DNA of 24,615 bases. It comes from a virus (Duplodnaviria; Caudoviricetes). Position 1 is the first letter of the stretch; the number at the start of each line of letters is the position of its first letter. The stretch covers positions 1 to 24,615 of IMG/VR virus record IMGVR_UViG_3300030433_002199; one strand, 5' to 3'. The translations under genes and the position numbers were made by a program. A model generated the notes under the pieces. The model ran no database searches and was not told the origin of the DNA. It worked only from the letters and a program-made list of their open reading frames with translations. Positions 13,962 to 24,380 of the stretch are shown one piece after another.

Positions 13962-16900
13962 TTACCTCGTTGCTTCGCGGTAGCGCTTATTGAACTTGTC
14001 GAACAGCAAATCCATTTGCGCTTCAATTTTTTGTATTTGATCGTAAGCTCTGACTGGGTCAGACTGCGTCTGCTCTATGACCTTCTTTTGCTTGCGTAGC
14101 TTTCTGAGTTGCTTCTGGGTCTCTTTGTAGAGCGGCTCCAGTTTTGCCTGCGCCCCGAACTCCGCCATGAACTCCTTGCGAGCATCCCCAGTAAGCGCCC
14201 CCGCTTCATTGAAGATTTCCTGCAATGATCTAGCGGTCTCGTAATACTCCATCTTGTCGGTGAACTGTGATGGTTCTCCGTTCAAGTAACGAATGATCGG
14301 GTATTCAGCAAGAGTGGGATCGTCATCAACAATCTCATTGCTAAGCAAGTAAGCAACATCCGCAGATCTGCTGATGAACCTACCCATTCCGCCAGTCAGA
14401 TACTCATAGACGTACTTCAGAGAATCGGGAGAGAAGTCTGCCGTTCCCTTCCTAAACTCAGAGCCATCGATATTATTCAGTCCCGTGGCAATGTCCTTGA
14501 ATACCTGCTCGGTAGACTTCTTAGACCTAGATGAATCAGGTGCAGAGTCCATTAAGGGGTTTTGCGGAATGTAAATCGGAGAGCCGAAGTGGTTCATATT
14601 GAAACCGAGAGAGACGAACGGCTCGAAAATATCAGGCAATAGATCCACAGTTGCCCTCTTGCCGAAGTCGAGCAAGTCGTCCTCGGTTCCGATGGATCCT
14701 ACAAAGCCCAATGGCGGCGGCAAGAGGTGGTGAGCGCCAGCGGCTGTAATCTCTGCCGCTACGTCGTCAACATCTATCAGGCCATTGGCAAGCTCCGCCC
14801 CCAGTCTGCCTAACGTATGGAACATGCCGTAGCCGTAAGGGAGAGGGAACTGGGTATATGTCTTGCCGTCAGAGTTGACGATGTTCCAAGACATCAGCTT
14901 CTCGTATCCTGAAAGATCGTTGTATAGAGACTCACCATCATCGTCCTCGTCTGACTCAATGATGTTTCTCTCAGTTACAAGGTATGCCATTCCAGCAATA
15001 CCGAATGCCGCAAGCTGAGCCTTATTGGGGCCGCCAGTGGCAGACTTGCCAGTCATTGCTTGCGCGATGTTGGCAGTACCTTGAACTGCCGCATTGAAGA
15101 ACAGATACAGCAGGTTCAGCCCCGCCGACATTTCCCCTTTGCGGTTAAAGTTGACCGTCATGTTCTTGGCTAGGTTTGCGGCATTCTGAACAGTGACGCC
15201 TCTGTTTCTCGCAGAGACGTAAGCCGCAAAACGAACTGCGTTTTCCGATGCGGTGTTTAGATTCTCGACCAGATCCCCAATCTTTCTGAGGTTGGACATC
15301 AGGGAGCCTTCACTGATTATGTTGGCCAAACGCCGTTTTTGCTCATCGATCTCTCGTGTGAGCGTCATACCAGTAGGCGCACCAGACTCCTGATACTCGT
15401 CAAAGTATTCATCGAATTCTGAGTCAACTCTGTCACCCCTCAGATTCTTGTAATAGGCGCGAGCGGCTGGAATGTAATTAGCGAGGATGTCTCCGGTAAT
15501 CCCCTCGCCCTCAATCATTCCGCCTTCCTTACTGCTTTCTGATAAGGCGTACATGATTCCGGTCTGAAGGTCTCGTATAGGGTTGACCAGCATCCAGCTT
15601 GGGTTGTAGTTAATGAGGGTGTTTCGTCTCCAGATCTGGAACTTCTGTAGACCGTCGGTTGCCTTACCAAGGAAGCCCACAAGACTCTCAAAGTTCTCTG
15701 CTCCGACGTTGTGCATGGCGTTATTGAGAGCTTGATTCTTTATCTCAACAAACACCTCGTTCCCGTCAACCTTGACAGACAGGAATCTCGGCTTTCCATC
15801 GTCTCTGCGAGTGGCCTTGCGCATATCGAACTTGTCCATTCGGACGTTGCGCACCATTCCGTCAGCCCGTTCTCTATCCATAGGATAAGAGGCTGAATCC
15901 TCGTATATCTTGAACTGATCAGAGCCGCGCTCTGACGTGGCGCGAGCAAGGTTCAACAAACGCTGAGCCACTTCATTCCTTCTGGCTCTGACGATCTTGT
16001 TTTCTACGTCATTTAAGGCGTACAGAAGCGGGTTGTCTGCCGTGCTCTCCCTACCCAGCGCGGAGAACACCTCCTTACCGGATATATTGAATCCCTTTGG
16101 CAATCCTCTGACCGAAGTCAACTCAGCGTTATCATCAAGGCTGGAGGCAAACCCTTTGAGCGGAACATAGAATTGGTAGCGAGCGTTCCATCCGTCGATG
16201 GTGTCGTCGTCAACAAGTCCCGCTTCCTGCATCCGCTCACGGTTTTCTCCGAGCATCTTGTAGACCAGCCTTGCGCCTTCTTCCATAGCGCTGGCTGTGC
16301 CGTCTGCCTCTGCCTGTTTGATTACGCGATCAGCGTCTTCGTTAGACATTCCTGACCCGTTTTCAAGAGACGGGTTTATTTTGGCTATGTAATCATTTCG
16401 CTCTGGGGCATGTTTGGCGTAGAGGTATAATGCAAAGTCATCGATATCGATGTTGTTGTCTCTAAGGATTTCTCCCACAGGCCTGACGTAATTAGCCTCA
16501 AGTTGGTCGTAGTCAGCTTTAATCTTTCCGGAGCTAAGAGTCTCGCCGACGTATGTCTGCATATTCTCTGGCAGTTCCTTCACACCCAAGAACTCCGTCG
16601 CCGCCTGCTCCGCTCTCTTTAGCGGCAGGAACTGGTCTTGGAACTTTCGTAGGAATATCTCGCTGTTGGTCTCGTCGTGTAGCGTGAACTCGCTGGTAGA
16701 CGGGGTGCCGTCCATCAACTGGCCGGTGGCCTTTGCGTTCTCGTATGACTGGGTTTGACCAGACAGGCGCTTAACAAAAAGAGTGACGCCCTTGTCAGTC
16801 TCCTTGCTTTGCATCTCCTCGAACAAAGCATCGAAGGTCTGATTGATTGCCTCTTTCTCACCAGCGTTCGGGTAAGGATACTTACTAGACCCGTCATCCG

Positions 16901-19900
16901 AAGCGATATTCGCGAGGTAGTCGTTGGTAATCCCTTCGCCAGCAAGCTTGTCTTTTACATAAGACTCGAAAGCTCTCGCAGTCATCTCGATTTGAGTTGA
17001 CCAGTATTTATTACTACGCCCCTTGTCTAGCTCAGAGGATCGCTTCTTGAGGTCGCTAGTGTTTATTGCAGTAACAATATCCGAGAACTTTGACATCAAC
17101 TCTAAGCGAACAGCATCATCGTCAGGAGAGCGAAGAGTACGGTTTCTTCTATCTCCGTCCGTGATGAAGCCTACTTTGCGTTGCTTGCCGAAGTAATTAT
17201 CAAGCGCGTGCCACCACTCATGAGCGAGGGATCCGGCACCGGCCTTTTTGGTAAGGTTAATAACAACCTTATTTGGCTCGTAATGTGCCGCCGCAGGACG
17301 CTTGCCGCCCTTGCCTCTAGCACCAAACGCGAGGCCAAGCGTGCCGTTCAGAGACACTGCCTTTGGCGGGATGCCCAGAGTTTCCGCGAGATCCATTAGG
17401 CCGTCATAGGCTTGATTAAGATCTCTCTGACGCTTGTCGTTTTCTACCCAGTTCCCGAACTCGACACCACGGAAACCGAACGCATCTGAGAACATCTGGG
17501 GCGTAATGTTGGCCATGTCGCCGCCAGTTCTGCGCTCCTTACCGATCCGCTCGCGATTCTCAGCGCCACGCATTTCAGGCTGGGCTTTCTTCTCTTCGAG
17601 AAGCGCTTCCATTTCTTCTCGGTTTTGCTCCAAGTAAGAGAAAGCCTCTTTGCTTGTGTCGAAGTCTTTGAGGCGGAGGACGCCAGTTGCTCCCTTCCAT
17701 CCAAGGTAAACCTCGCCAGTGCGACGGTCTCGATAAGCAGATATTTTGCTTTGCTTCTTCGTGCGCTTCTCTGTACCCAGCTTTTCTAGCTCGGTTGCCA
17801 GCGCGGCCTGAACTTCTTCAAGCGTCTCGTAGGCGTCTCCCAGACGCCGCATATCATTGCCTTTCCTTATGTGATACAGCTTGTCTCCGGATATCCTCGT
17901 ACCGTCTGCCTGTCGGGCAAAGCCTTTGAACTCACTGATCCTATACACAGCCGCTTTGGCTAGATTGTTTATGTCTACCTGCGCTATGACTGGCAAGGTG
18001 TTTCTGGAGCTTCGATCATCAACCATGTCTGCCGGTGACAGTTCACCGTCAAGCACCTGCTGAGTAAGCTCTTTAATTCGCTGGACGTCTTCAGCCCAGA
18101 AGCGCAACTTTGTAGCTCTTCGCGGCTTGGCCGGTATCTCTGCCCTACGCATAGCTATCGCGGCAAGCTTCTCTTGATCTATGCCTGCCTCGGCCATCTT
18201 GACGTAGTTTGGTGCAGGGAATGATTTGCTAAGCGGCACTGAGGCAATATCAATCTCTTCCTGACTTAACTGGTCTCGGTACTCGCTGACCAGATCCTTT
18301 CTCGCGCCGCCAATTTTTTCCCCGAAGTCTTCAATCTTTTCGGTTTGAGACTCCGGAACTATGTCAGTCTCAGGAGCCGCCTCTGCTTGCGCAGTAGCGT
18401 CCGTCTGCGGACCCATGTCCCGCTCTACGATGTGGAGCACCGCCTCTCTGGTGGTTTCAAAAGGAGTTCTTTCGCCTGTCTCAAGGTTGATAGCGGCGAC
18501 TCGTCCCCGCATTGCTTCTATAAAGCCGACCCTTTCGCCATTCTTTGTGACGTAGCTATCGTAGATAGCAAGGGACGTGGGAGATCCATCTGTCTGCGGG
18601 TTAGAAAGAGTCGGCTGGGTGTGCTCGTAACCTTCAGGCAGGCCGGACACCACACCAGTTTCAAAGTCCCTGCTCGGCGTAGCAAGATCATCGCCGTCAA
18701 ACAGGTCGAATCCTTTTCTCTTTATGAGAGTCTTAAGCGCTTCTGTTCTGTTGTCGCCAATTCCAGTCGTGGCTTGAATGTCCGTTTCCGGAATACCTAC
18801 AAGCATCCATCGCGGCGTAGAGAACTGAAGGGTGTCGCGGAAGATCTGCTCTACAGAGCCATCTGGGAACTCAACATCATAAGTGCCTTCGCTTTGAAAA
18901 TTTGCAGTCCTGCTGACTATCAGTTCTTCCACTTTGACAACAGGACGGAAGTTGCCTTCTTGCACTACAAGGCTTTGGCGTTGTTCTTCTGTGATGTTGG
19001 GAACGGGATTTTTGGTTGCAATCTCAGCCTTGCCTGACCTTACAACTGCTTGAATAGCGTCACGCTCAGTCTGGAATACGCCTATTCTATTCCCACGAAT
19101 TGGAAGATTTCCTGAGAAAGCGATATGCAGGTTTTCAGGAGCATGAATAACGACACCAGCAATATCAGTGCCATCTTCAAACTGCCTGAAAATGTAGCGA
19201 CTAAACAGTCTGACGCCGGACCCTTCGTCAAACCTCTGCGGACCCTTATTAGGATCAAGAGATCGCTTGTTATCAAACCTAAATCCTTCAGGAAGCCTGA
19301 AGTTCACATCAGGTTTGGGCGTATAGCTATCGTTTTGGCGAAGGGCAACCGGATCAATATTGACCCCTCTTGATCGAAGGGCCGGTATTTCAAACTCTAA
19401 TATCTGGTCTAGTAATCCAGAGATCTCTACTGGGTTTGTTTGGCTGAGTACAGTAAGTCCGTCACTGTCCCCAGCTTCTTGTTGGGTCTCTCCGCCCACG
19501 TCTTGATCGGCTTGCCCCGCTTCAGCGCCATCGAGGCCAGCTTCTCTAGTTCCTCCGTCCGCTTCCACTTCATTGCTTCCGCTGACGGGGGATGGCCGAA
19601 CTTCTCCCTGTACTCCTGTACCTTCGGGCTGTATTCCGACTTGGGTATCTTGAACTCTCGCATCTTCATCTCCAGTCACAAGCTTCGGGTTGTCCCGAAT
19701 CGTGCGAATTACATTGTACGCCTCTGGCGCTTGTTGTTTAAGCAGTCTTGGGTTGCTCACATAAACCGCGCCAAGCTGAGCAAAAGTCTCCTTCTTAATG
19801 AAGTTCTTCACCGACTCGACAATGCTTTCTAGTTTGGCTGGGTCTGCCTCTGTTGAGAGACGCTGTTCAATCTCATTGAATGGATAGGTGAACCTTCTGC

Positions 19901-22832
19901 CCAACTCAGTGCCTTGCAGGTAGTTGTCGTAAAGATCTGCGAGCGCATCACCCAATACAATCTTTGGCCCCTCTGCGCCGAAGGTTATCTCGACATTAAA
20001 TGACGGAAGTGTTCCGCTGACGTCCGCCTTGTTGTCAATGACATGCCACGCTTCGTGAGCCAAGACATACCGCAATTCGCGGTCAGAGTCTGGATCAACT
20101 AAAGACTTTGACACCATCGCTGAGTCCAAGGACATTCTGTCGTTTGCTGTTGCGCCAAGCGCATCCATATCTTTTGCAAGGTGAACCGCGATGGCCTGAA
20201 TGTCGTCCACAAACTCTGTGGGCAAACCCGCCTCAATCAAGTCAAATATGGCTTGCTGGATTTCATTCGTTGCGCTGGCGGAGTCAACTGAGCTATCGAT
20301 CTCCGAGATGTTATCGGCGGGCGTGACTTCAAGGTTGGTTTCCTGCCCGTCTACCTCAAGCTTAAAGAAGGCCTTACGTCGCATCGCGTTGCCGACCTTT
20401 TCTGCAACACCCTCAACGCCCTTGATAGTTATTAAGTCGTCACTATTCGCAGGCTTGTTCGGCTGTCCAGAAAGAAGATCTAAGCGCTCTTGCCTAGCTT
20501 CCAACGTCTCCTGATTTGCATTGACCACATCGCCCTCGAACGAAAGCCATTGGTCTTCGTCTTTAAATGTCTGGCGAATATCAAATTCAGTCTCGGTATC
20601 TCTCGCGAACAGAGCCTCTGTCTCTCGCCGTAGAGATGCCTGAATGCTTGCGGGAGCAGACTCAACTGCGGCCTCAATCTCCTCTCTCGTAACGGAGTCT
20701 GTCGCCGTATCGACGCCCTGAGTCTCTCTCTGATCGAACACCGCCATCTGCAATGTTTCTGACAGATCGTCAAACTGAGCAGGTCCGGTAGCCAAATTTT
20801 GAGTCATCTCGGACTGCTGTATCTTGGCCCGCTCAGCCTCCATAGCCCTGAGAGTTCGCTTGCTACGGAACACTCTCGGCTGTCCGTCCATTGTTTCGGC
20901 GTCTATCGCTACGGGCTGACCGTCATCGTTATATCTGGTTTCGATGTATCGATATTTTTTCCCGCGAGAAATAAATGTCTGATCTTCTTGGTTGAATTGA
21001 ATGTCTGGAGCAGGCGTATCGACATTGATATCTACGGGCCTTACACCCAGCAACGCGGCGGCTGTTGACCCAGCCTGCGATTCGCCACTTTCTACAACCA
21101 CCTCGTCGCCTTCAGGCGTTACGACAACAAACACACCGTCGTCACGTTTTTTAAGGGTTCCCTGAATGCCCTGATAATCTACTGTCTGCCCTGATATGGT
21201 GGTGTTGCCTTGCGCATCAACACGCGCAACGCCCGCAAGCTCGTCCATAGTTCGGTTCGGACCCAACTCAATAGTCGGCCCGCTGGGCAGAACTGTAATT
21301 CGCTCCGCTTCTTGAGCGGCTAAAGCGTTCTCTTCAGGGGTTGTAGTACCCTCGTATAGACTGACTGGGACAATTTCGTTGAGGACTCTACGGCCACGCA
21401 AAACCCTGCCCATGGACTCGTTAAGTTCTTCCTCGTAGACGCGAGCGCGTTGCTCATCGACTGTTACACCTCGACGGCGAGGCTCTCCGCCCAGACCCTG
21501 TGCCTGCTCTCGCGCTACTCTCTGACGCTGTCTAGTAGCCTCTAGTGCTAGGCTTTCTTCTTCTGGAGCCTGATCAAGCGGGGAGAAAGGAGCTTGCTGT
21601 TCAGCGGCCTCTTGCTCCTCGCCAAGCTCTTGTCTTGCTGTTTCCTGATTAGTCTGACGTTCAACGAGGATTCTTCTAGCGGCCTTTCTGTCTATCCGGC
21701 CATCGAACTCTCTGATAATCGCTTGGATCTGGGCTTCTTCAGAGTCCTGAGACTGTTGTTCTTCAGAGGGCTTATCCGCCTCCGTCTCTTGCTCCTTGCC
21801 CTTTCTTGCATCTTCAACACGACGCTTTTCGCCTTTGAAGACCCCACTAACACCCCCAGTAAATGTGCCGCCAATAGCCCCGACTGCGGCGGCGTTTAAG
21901 AGCCGACTACGAAGCTGTTCGTCAGCCTCAAGATTTTCCAAGTTCCGAACGAACTCATCAGCGTATTCAGCAAACCCACCAGTAGGGTCATTACGCATCA
22001 TGCCTACAGCAGTGGCCTGAATAAGCTCCTGTGTGGCCTCAGTGAAGCCCTCAAATCCTGCCTGCTTGGTCGCCTCTAGCATTGATCGGCGAATCACCCC
22101 GCCGTTCTCTACGATTCGGTCAGAGAGCTTGTCTTTGAATTTCGTAAAGACAGTCGGCGGCATGATGCGCCGAAGAATGACAAATGGCGTGATTGCATCT
22201 AGAGCACCAGAAGCCACGCCAGCCGCCAAGGCCACATCTGGAGCCTCGATGCCTGTCTCTTCATAAATGTCTAGGTAAGTGGAGCCAGTATTCTGGGCCG
22301 CTGACGCCGTGAAGGCTCCTGCCGCCTGACCGAATCCTCTATACGGCTGAGTCGCACCAGCAAGCGTTTCTCGATACATCCGCTTCTTGGCGGCCTCGGA
22401 TACGTCATCCTGTACCTTGTCGTAGACTTCTTTTTTTATCTTGTCTTTAACTGCTTTTTCAGCGACTTTTTTTCCTAGATATCCACCGACACCGCCGCCC
22501 ACCACGCTGGTCGCGATAGACGGAACAATAGTGCCCGCCGAGTACAGCGCCCATCGGACAAAGTCTTCAGCGCCCTCGATCTCTTCGATGCTCTGTACTG
22601 ATCCGGTTGATTCGCTGGCGTCTTGGAACTTTTGACTGGCGTAATTCAGGTACTCAATCGCTTCTTCTTCATCACCAGTAACGGTGTTGAATAAAGCGGC
22701 GACACCCCCAAGGGTGCCCATGGTTGTATCTACGCCTGATGAGAAGCCCGAAGTGAACTCGGAAAGAAATCCCTTCTCTTCTTCTTCCTTAAAATTACGG
22801 CTGTCGCCGATGCGATATGCGTCACGCGGCAC
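13962..22832 (-). CDS. Large polyvalent / internal virion (ejection) protein, 2956 aa
   Basis: N-terminal Gly/Ala-rich helices; HEAWH metallopeptidase (about aa 926); KIEDFGEKIGGARKD motif; LPD1-like FGFRGVEFGNW...AHYEP...SLAHEWWHALD...EMTARAFE; C-terminal LPD38-like region (NFNRKG, LFFNAAVQG, LPYGYG). Confidence 0.9.
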   Translation of the reverse strand: MPRDAYRIGDSRNFKEEEEKGFLSEFTSGFSSGVDTTMGTLGGVAALFNTVTGDEEEAIEYLNYASQKFQDASESTGSVQSIEEIEGAEDFVRWALYSAGTIVPSIATSVVGGGVGGYLGKKVAEKAVKDKIKKEVYDKVQDDVSEAAKKRMYRETLAGATQPYRGFGQAAGAFTASAAQNTGSTYLDIYEETGIEAPDVALAAGVASGALDAITPFVILRRIMPPTVFTKFKDKLSDRIVENGGVIRRSMLEATKQAGFEGFTEATQELIQATAVGMMRNDPTGGFAEYADEFVRNLENLEADEQLRSRLLNAAAVGAIGGTFTGGVSGVFKGEKRRVEDARKGKEQETEADKPSEEQQSQDSEEAQIQAIIREFDGRIDRKAARRILVERQTNQETARQELGEEQEAAEQQAPFSPLDQAPEEESLALEATRQRQRVAREQAQGLGGEPRRRGVTVDEQRARVYEEELNESMGRVLRGRRVLNEIVPVSLYEGTTTPEENALAAQEAERITVLPSGPTIELGPNRTMDELAGVARVDAQGNTTISGQTVDYQGIQGTLKKRDDGVFVVVTPEGDEVVVESGESQAGSTAAALLGVRPVDINVDTPAPDIQFNQEDQTFISRGKKYRYIETRYNDDGQPVAIDAETMDGQPRVFRSKRTLRAMEAERAKIQQSEMTQNLATGPAQFDDLSETLQMAVFDQRETQGVDTATDSVTREEIEAAVESAPASIQASLRRETEALFARDTETEFDIRQTFKDEDQWLSFEGDVVNANQETLEARQERLDLLSGQPNKPANSDDLITIKGVEGVAEKVGNAMRRKAFFKLEVDGQETNLEVTPADNISEIDSSVDSASATNEIQQAIFDLIEAGLPTEFVDDIQAIAVHLAKDMDALGATANDRMSLDSAMVSKSLVDPDSDRELRYVLAHEAWHVIDNKADVSGTLPSFNVEITFGAEGPKIVLGDALADLYDNYLQGTELGRRFTYPFNEIEQRLSTEADPAKLESIVESVKNFIKKETFAQLGAVYVSNPRLLKQQAPEAYNVIRTIRDNPKLVTGDEDARVQDTQVGIQPEGTGVQGEVRPSPVSGSNEVEADGGTREAGLDGAEAGQADQDVGGETQQEAGDSDGLTVLSQTNPVEISGLLDQILEFEIPALRSRGVNIDPVALRQNDSYTPKPDVNFRLPEGFRFDNKRSLDPNKGPQRFDEGSGVRLFSRYIFRQFEDGTDIAGVVIHAPENLHIAFSGNLPIRGNRIGVFQTERDAIQAVVRSGKAEIATKNPVPNITEEQRQSLVVQEGNFRPVVKVEELIVSRTANFQSEGTYDVEFPDGSVEQIFRDTLQFSTPRWMLVGIPETDIQATTGIGDNRTEALKTLIKRKGFDLFDGDDLATPSRDFETGVVSGLPEGYEHTQPTLSNPQTDGSPTSLAIYDSYVTKNGERVGFIEAMRGRVAAINLETGERTPFETTREAVLHIVERDMGPQTDATAQAEAAPETDIVPESQTEKIEDFGEKIGGARKDLVSEYRDQLSQEEIDIASVPLSKSFPAPNYVKMAEAGIDQEKLAAIAMRRAEIPAKPRRATKLRFWAEDVQRIKELTQQVLDGELSPADMVDDRSSRNTLPVIAQVDINNLAKAAVYRISEFKGFARQADGTRISGDKLYHIRKGNDMRRLGDAYETLEEVQAALATELEKLGTEKRTKKQSKISAYRDRRTGEVYLGWKGATGVLRLKDFDTSKEAFSYLEQNREEMEALLEEKKAQPEMRGAENRERIGKERRTGGDMANITPQMFSDAFGFRGVEFGNWVENDKRQRDLNQAYDGLMDLAETLGIPPKAVSLNGTLGLAFGARGKGGKRPAAAHYEPNKVVINLTKKAGAGSLAHEWWHALDNYFGKQRKVGFITDGDRRNRTLRSPDDDAVRLELMSKFSDIVTAINTSDLKKRSSELDKGRSNKYWSTQIEMTARAFESYVKDKLAGEGITNDYLANIASDDGSSKYPYPNAGEKEAINQTFDALFEEMQSKETDKGVTLFVKRLSGQTQSYENAKATGQLMDGTPSTSEFTLHDETNSEIFLRKFQDQFLPLKRAEQAATEFLGVKELPENMQTYVGETLSSGKIKADYDQLEANYVRPVGEILRDNNIDIDDFALYLYAKHAPERNDYIAKINPSLENGSGMSNEDADRVIKQAEADGTASAMEEGARLVYKMLGENRERMQEAGLVDDDTIDGWNARYQFYVPLKGFASSLDDNAELTSVRGLPKGFNISGKEVFSALGRESTADNPLLYALNDVENKIVRARRNEVAQRLLNLARATSERGSDQFKIYEDSASYPMDRERADGMVRNVRMDKFDMRKATRRDDGKPRFLSVKVDGNEVFVEIKNQALNNAMHNVGAENFESLVGFLGKATDGLQKFQIWRRNTLINYNPSWMLVNPIRDLQTGIMYALSESSKEGGMIEGEGITGDILANYIPAARAYYKNLRGDRVDSEFDEYFDEYQESGAPTGMTLTREIDEQKRRLANIISEGSLMSNLRKIGDLVENLNTASENAVRFAAYVSARNRGVTVQNAANLAKNMTVNFNRKGEMSAGLNLLYLFFNAAVQGTANIAQAMTGKSATGGPNKAQLAAFGIAGMAYLVTERNIIESDEDDDGESLYNDLSGYEKLMSWNIVNSDGKTYTQFPLPYGYGMFHTLGRLGAELANGLIDVDDVAAEITAAGAHHLLPPPLGFVGSIGTEDDLLDFGKRATVDLLPDIFEPFVSLGFNMNHFGSPIYIPQNPLMDSAPDSSRSKKSTEQVFKDIATGLNNIDGSEFRKGTADFSPDSLKYVYEYLTGGMGRFISRSADVAYLLSNEIVDDDPTLAEYPIIRYLNGEPSQFTDKMEYYETARSLQEIFNEAGALTGDARKEFMAEFGAQAKLEPLYKETQKQLRKLRKQKKVIEQTQSDPVRAYDQIQKIEAQMDLLFDKFNKRYREATR
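19427..19663 (-). CDS. Nested overprinted gene (+1 frame), 78 aa, candidate immunity/inhibitor protein
   Basis: GGAG 6 nt before ATG 19663; globular-looking sequence YREKFGHPP...EELEKLASMALKRGKPI; the host frame over the same interval is a low-complexity G/E/Q/D linker. Confidence 0.65.
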   Translation of the reverse strand: MREFKIPKSEYSPKVQEYREKFGHPPSAEAMKWKRTEELEKLASMALKRGKPIKTWAERPNKKLGTVTDLLYSAKQTQ

Positions 22833-22853
22833 TGTTTAGCCCTCTTGGCTTAA

Positions 22854-24371
22854 TTAAGGAACTCTTGGAACGAATGAGTCATTAGATGTATCGCGGTAAT
22901 TGACCTTGGGTCGGCCACGGTTAATTTCTACCGCGCCTTTTCTTTCCAGCATTACCCGAAGTAGATCTCTAGTTGCTTTGGAAATGGTTCCGTTGCGGTT
23001 AAGCGTTGCAGAAAGCTTGAGGATTTCTGCGTCAGAAAAATCAGGCATAGCCGTTGGCTTGCCAGTTTTTGGATCTTTAACGCGATAGTCTTTCAGCAAG
23101 GGATCAAGATCGAGTCTTGTCTGCATGATCTCTCTGCTTGCTTCCTCTCTATATGTCCCCTGCTTTCTTCCGAGGCCAAGCGCTCTATCTTCTGCGAGTC
23201 TTTGAAGATCCTCCGGAGATGACGCAACCTCTTCATTTGTCTTGTTGGACATGAAGCTTCTGCCGTTAGGATTGCGTTCCGCCACCGAAATGATGAACTC
23301 TGCTTGAGAGTTTGCCGCTTGCTGGAACGCGGCCTCACCACCAAGACCCTCTTTCTTCGCCGCTTTGATCGGGTCAGCCATGTTGGTATTCAGGTAATCA
23401 ATCAGAACCGCTGTGCCGCCGAGGCCGTCGAATAAATCTGTTGCGCCAATCTGAACCGGCTCACTGCTAGATCCAGTGCGGTTTTCAGTCATGGGAGCTA
23501 TGTAGTGAACGATATTGCCATCCGGACCCTCCGCCGTGACAAGAACATCCATAGAGACCATGAGTTCCGGTGGCCCGCTTCCCCCCAATAGGTCATCGTG
23601 AGAGCCTTCTTTTATTTGGATGTTCGTGGCCTCTCGTGATATGACCTTGTATTGGCCGTTCTTCAATTCATCTGGCGCGTTTTTGAAAGAGTCATCGATG
23701 GTCTTGCCGATCATGTCGCCGCCTTGAGCGTTGACTAAGGCATCTGCACCCATCTCAACCCGTGGGTCCGTAGGGTCAAAGTTCCCTTGATTAAGCTGGG
23801 TAGACAGGACGTTTGTCAGATTGGCGATGTTGTTCTGGTATTCCTTCCCAAGCGCAACCGTAAGGTCATATTTAGTGCCTACGGTTCGCTCAAGAAGCTC
23901 ATTGACAACCGCAAGATCAGGCTGAGTTCCAGTTCGCTGTGCCGTCTTGATTACCTGATCTAGCTGAGCAATCGCGTTCATTGCATCCTGCTCTTTCTGG
24001 GCTTTATTCCGCGCATCAATTTCTGCTTGATCATTTGCCTGCGCCGTTTCTGCGGCGGCAAGTTGAGCCTGCCTTAGCGCTGAAGTGGCTTCAGCTTCTG
24101 TCTGCTGTAATCCAAACTCCTTATTGAACTGCTCAGTTTCTCTTTTTTCCGTCGCATCAAACTGCCGCTTTTCTTCTGCGGTTCGAGCATCAAACTGCCG
24201 CATTTCTTCGGCCATGACTGCCGCATCTTGCTCTCGCTGATACCTTGCCTCTTCCTCAGCCTGATCAAGCTTGCGCTTGTTGATATAGGCATCATTCATC
24301 AGACCAAAGCCAGACGTGAACCCGTCAGCGAATCCCCCAGTGGAACTTAAATAGCCGCGCCTGTAAGACAT
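22854..24371 (-). CDS. Internal virion / DNA ejection protein, 505 aa
   Basis: GGFADGFTSGFGL N-terminus, coiled coil with 11-aa RQFD repeats, GGAGG RBS, position before the giant ejection protein. Confidence 0.8.
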   Translation of the reverse strand: MSYRRGYLSSTGGFADGFTSGFGLMNDAYINKRKLDQAEEEARYQREQDAAVMAEEMRQFDARTAEEKRQFDATEKRETEQFNKEFGLQQTEAEATSALRQAQLAAAETAQANDQAEIDARNKAQKEQDAMNAIAQLDQVIKTAQRTGTQPDLAVVNELLERTVGTKYDLTVALGKEYQNNIANLTNVLSTQLNQGNFDPTDPRVEMGADALVNAQGGDMIGKTIDDSFKNAPDELKNGQYKVISREATNIQIKEGSHDDLLGGSGPPELMVSMDVLVTAEGPDGNIVHYIAPMTENRTGSSSEPVQIGATDLFDGLGGTAVLIDYLNTNMADPIKAAKKEGLGGEAAFQQAANSQAEFIISVAERNPNGRSFMSNKTNEEVASSPEDLQRLAEDRALGLGRKQGTYREEASREIMQTRLDLDPLLKDYRVKDPKTGKPTAMPDFSDAEILKLSATLNRNGTISKATRDLLRVMLERKGAVEINRGRPKVNYRDTSNDSFVPRVP

Positions 24372-24380
24372 CGTGGCCTC

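Noticed and set aside
16715-16945. Possible second nested gene after the LPD1-like HExxH domain
   Set aside because: TTG start without a clear RBS, Arg/Ser/Leu shadow composition, and the main frame here is conserved domain sequence rather than linker.
18345-19037. 230-aa antisense ORF within the giant gene (and similar antisense/alternate-frame ORFs elsewhere)
   Set aside because: No RBS or motif; expected antisense shadow of a long coding region.
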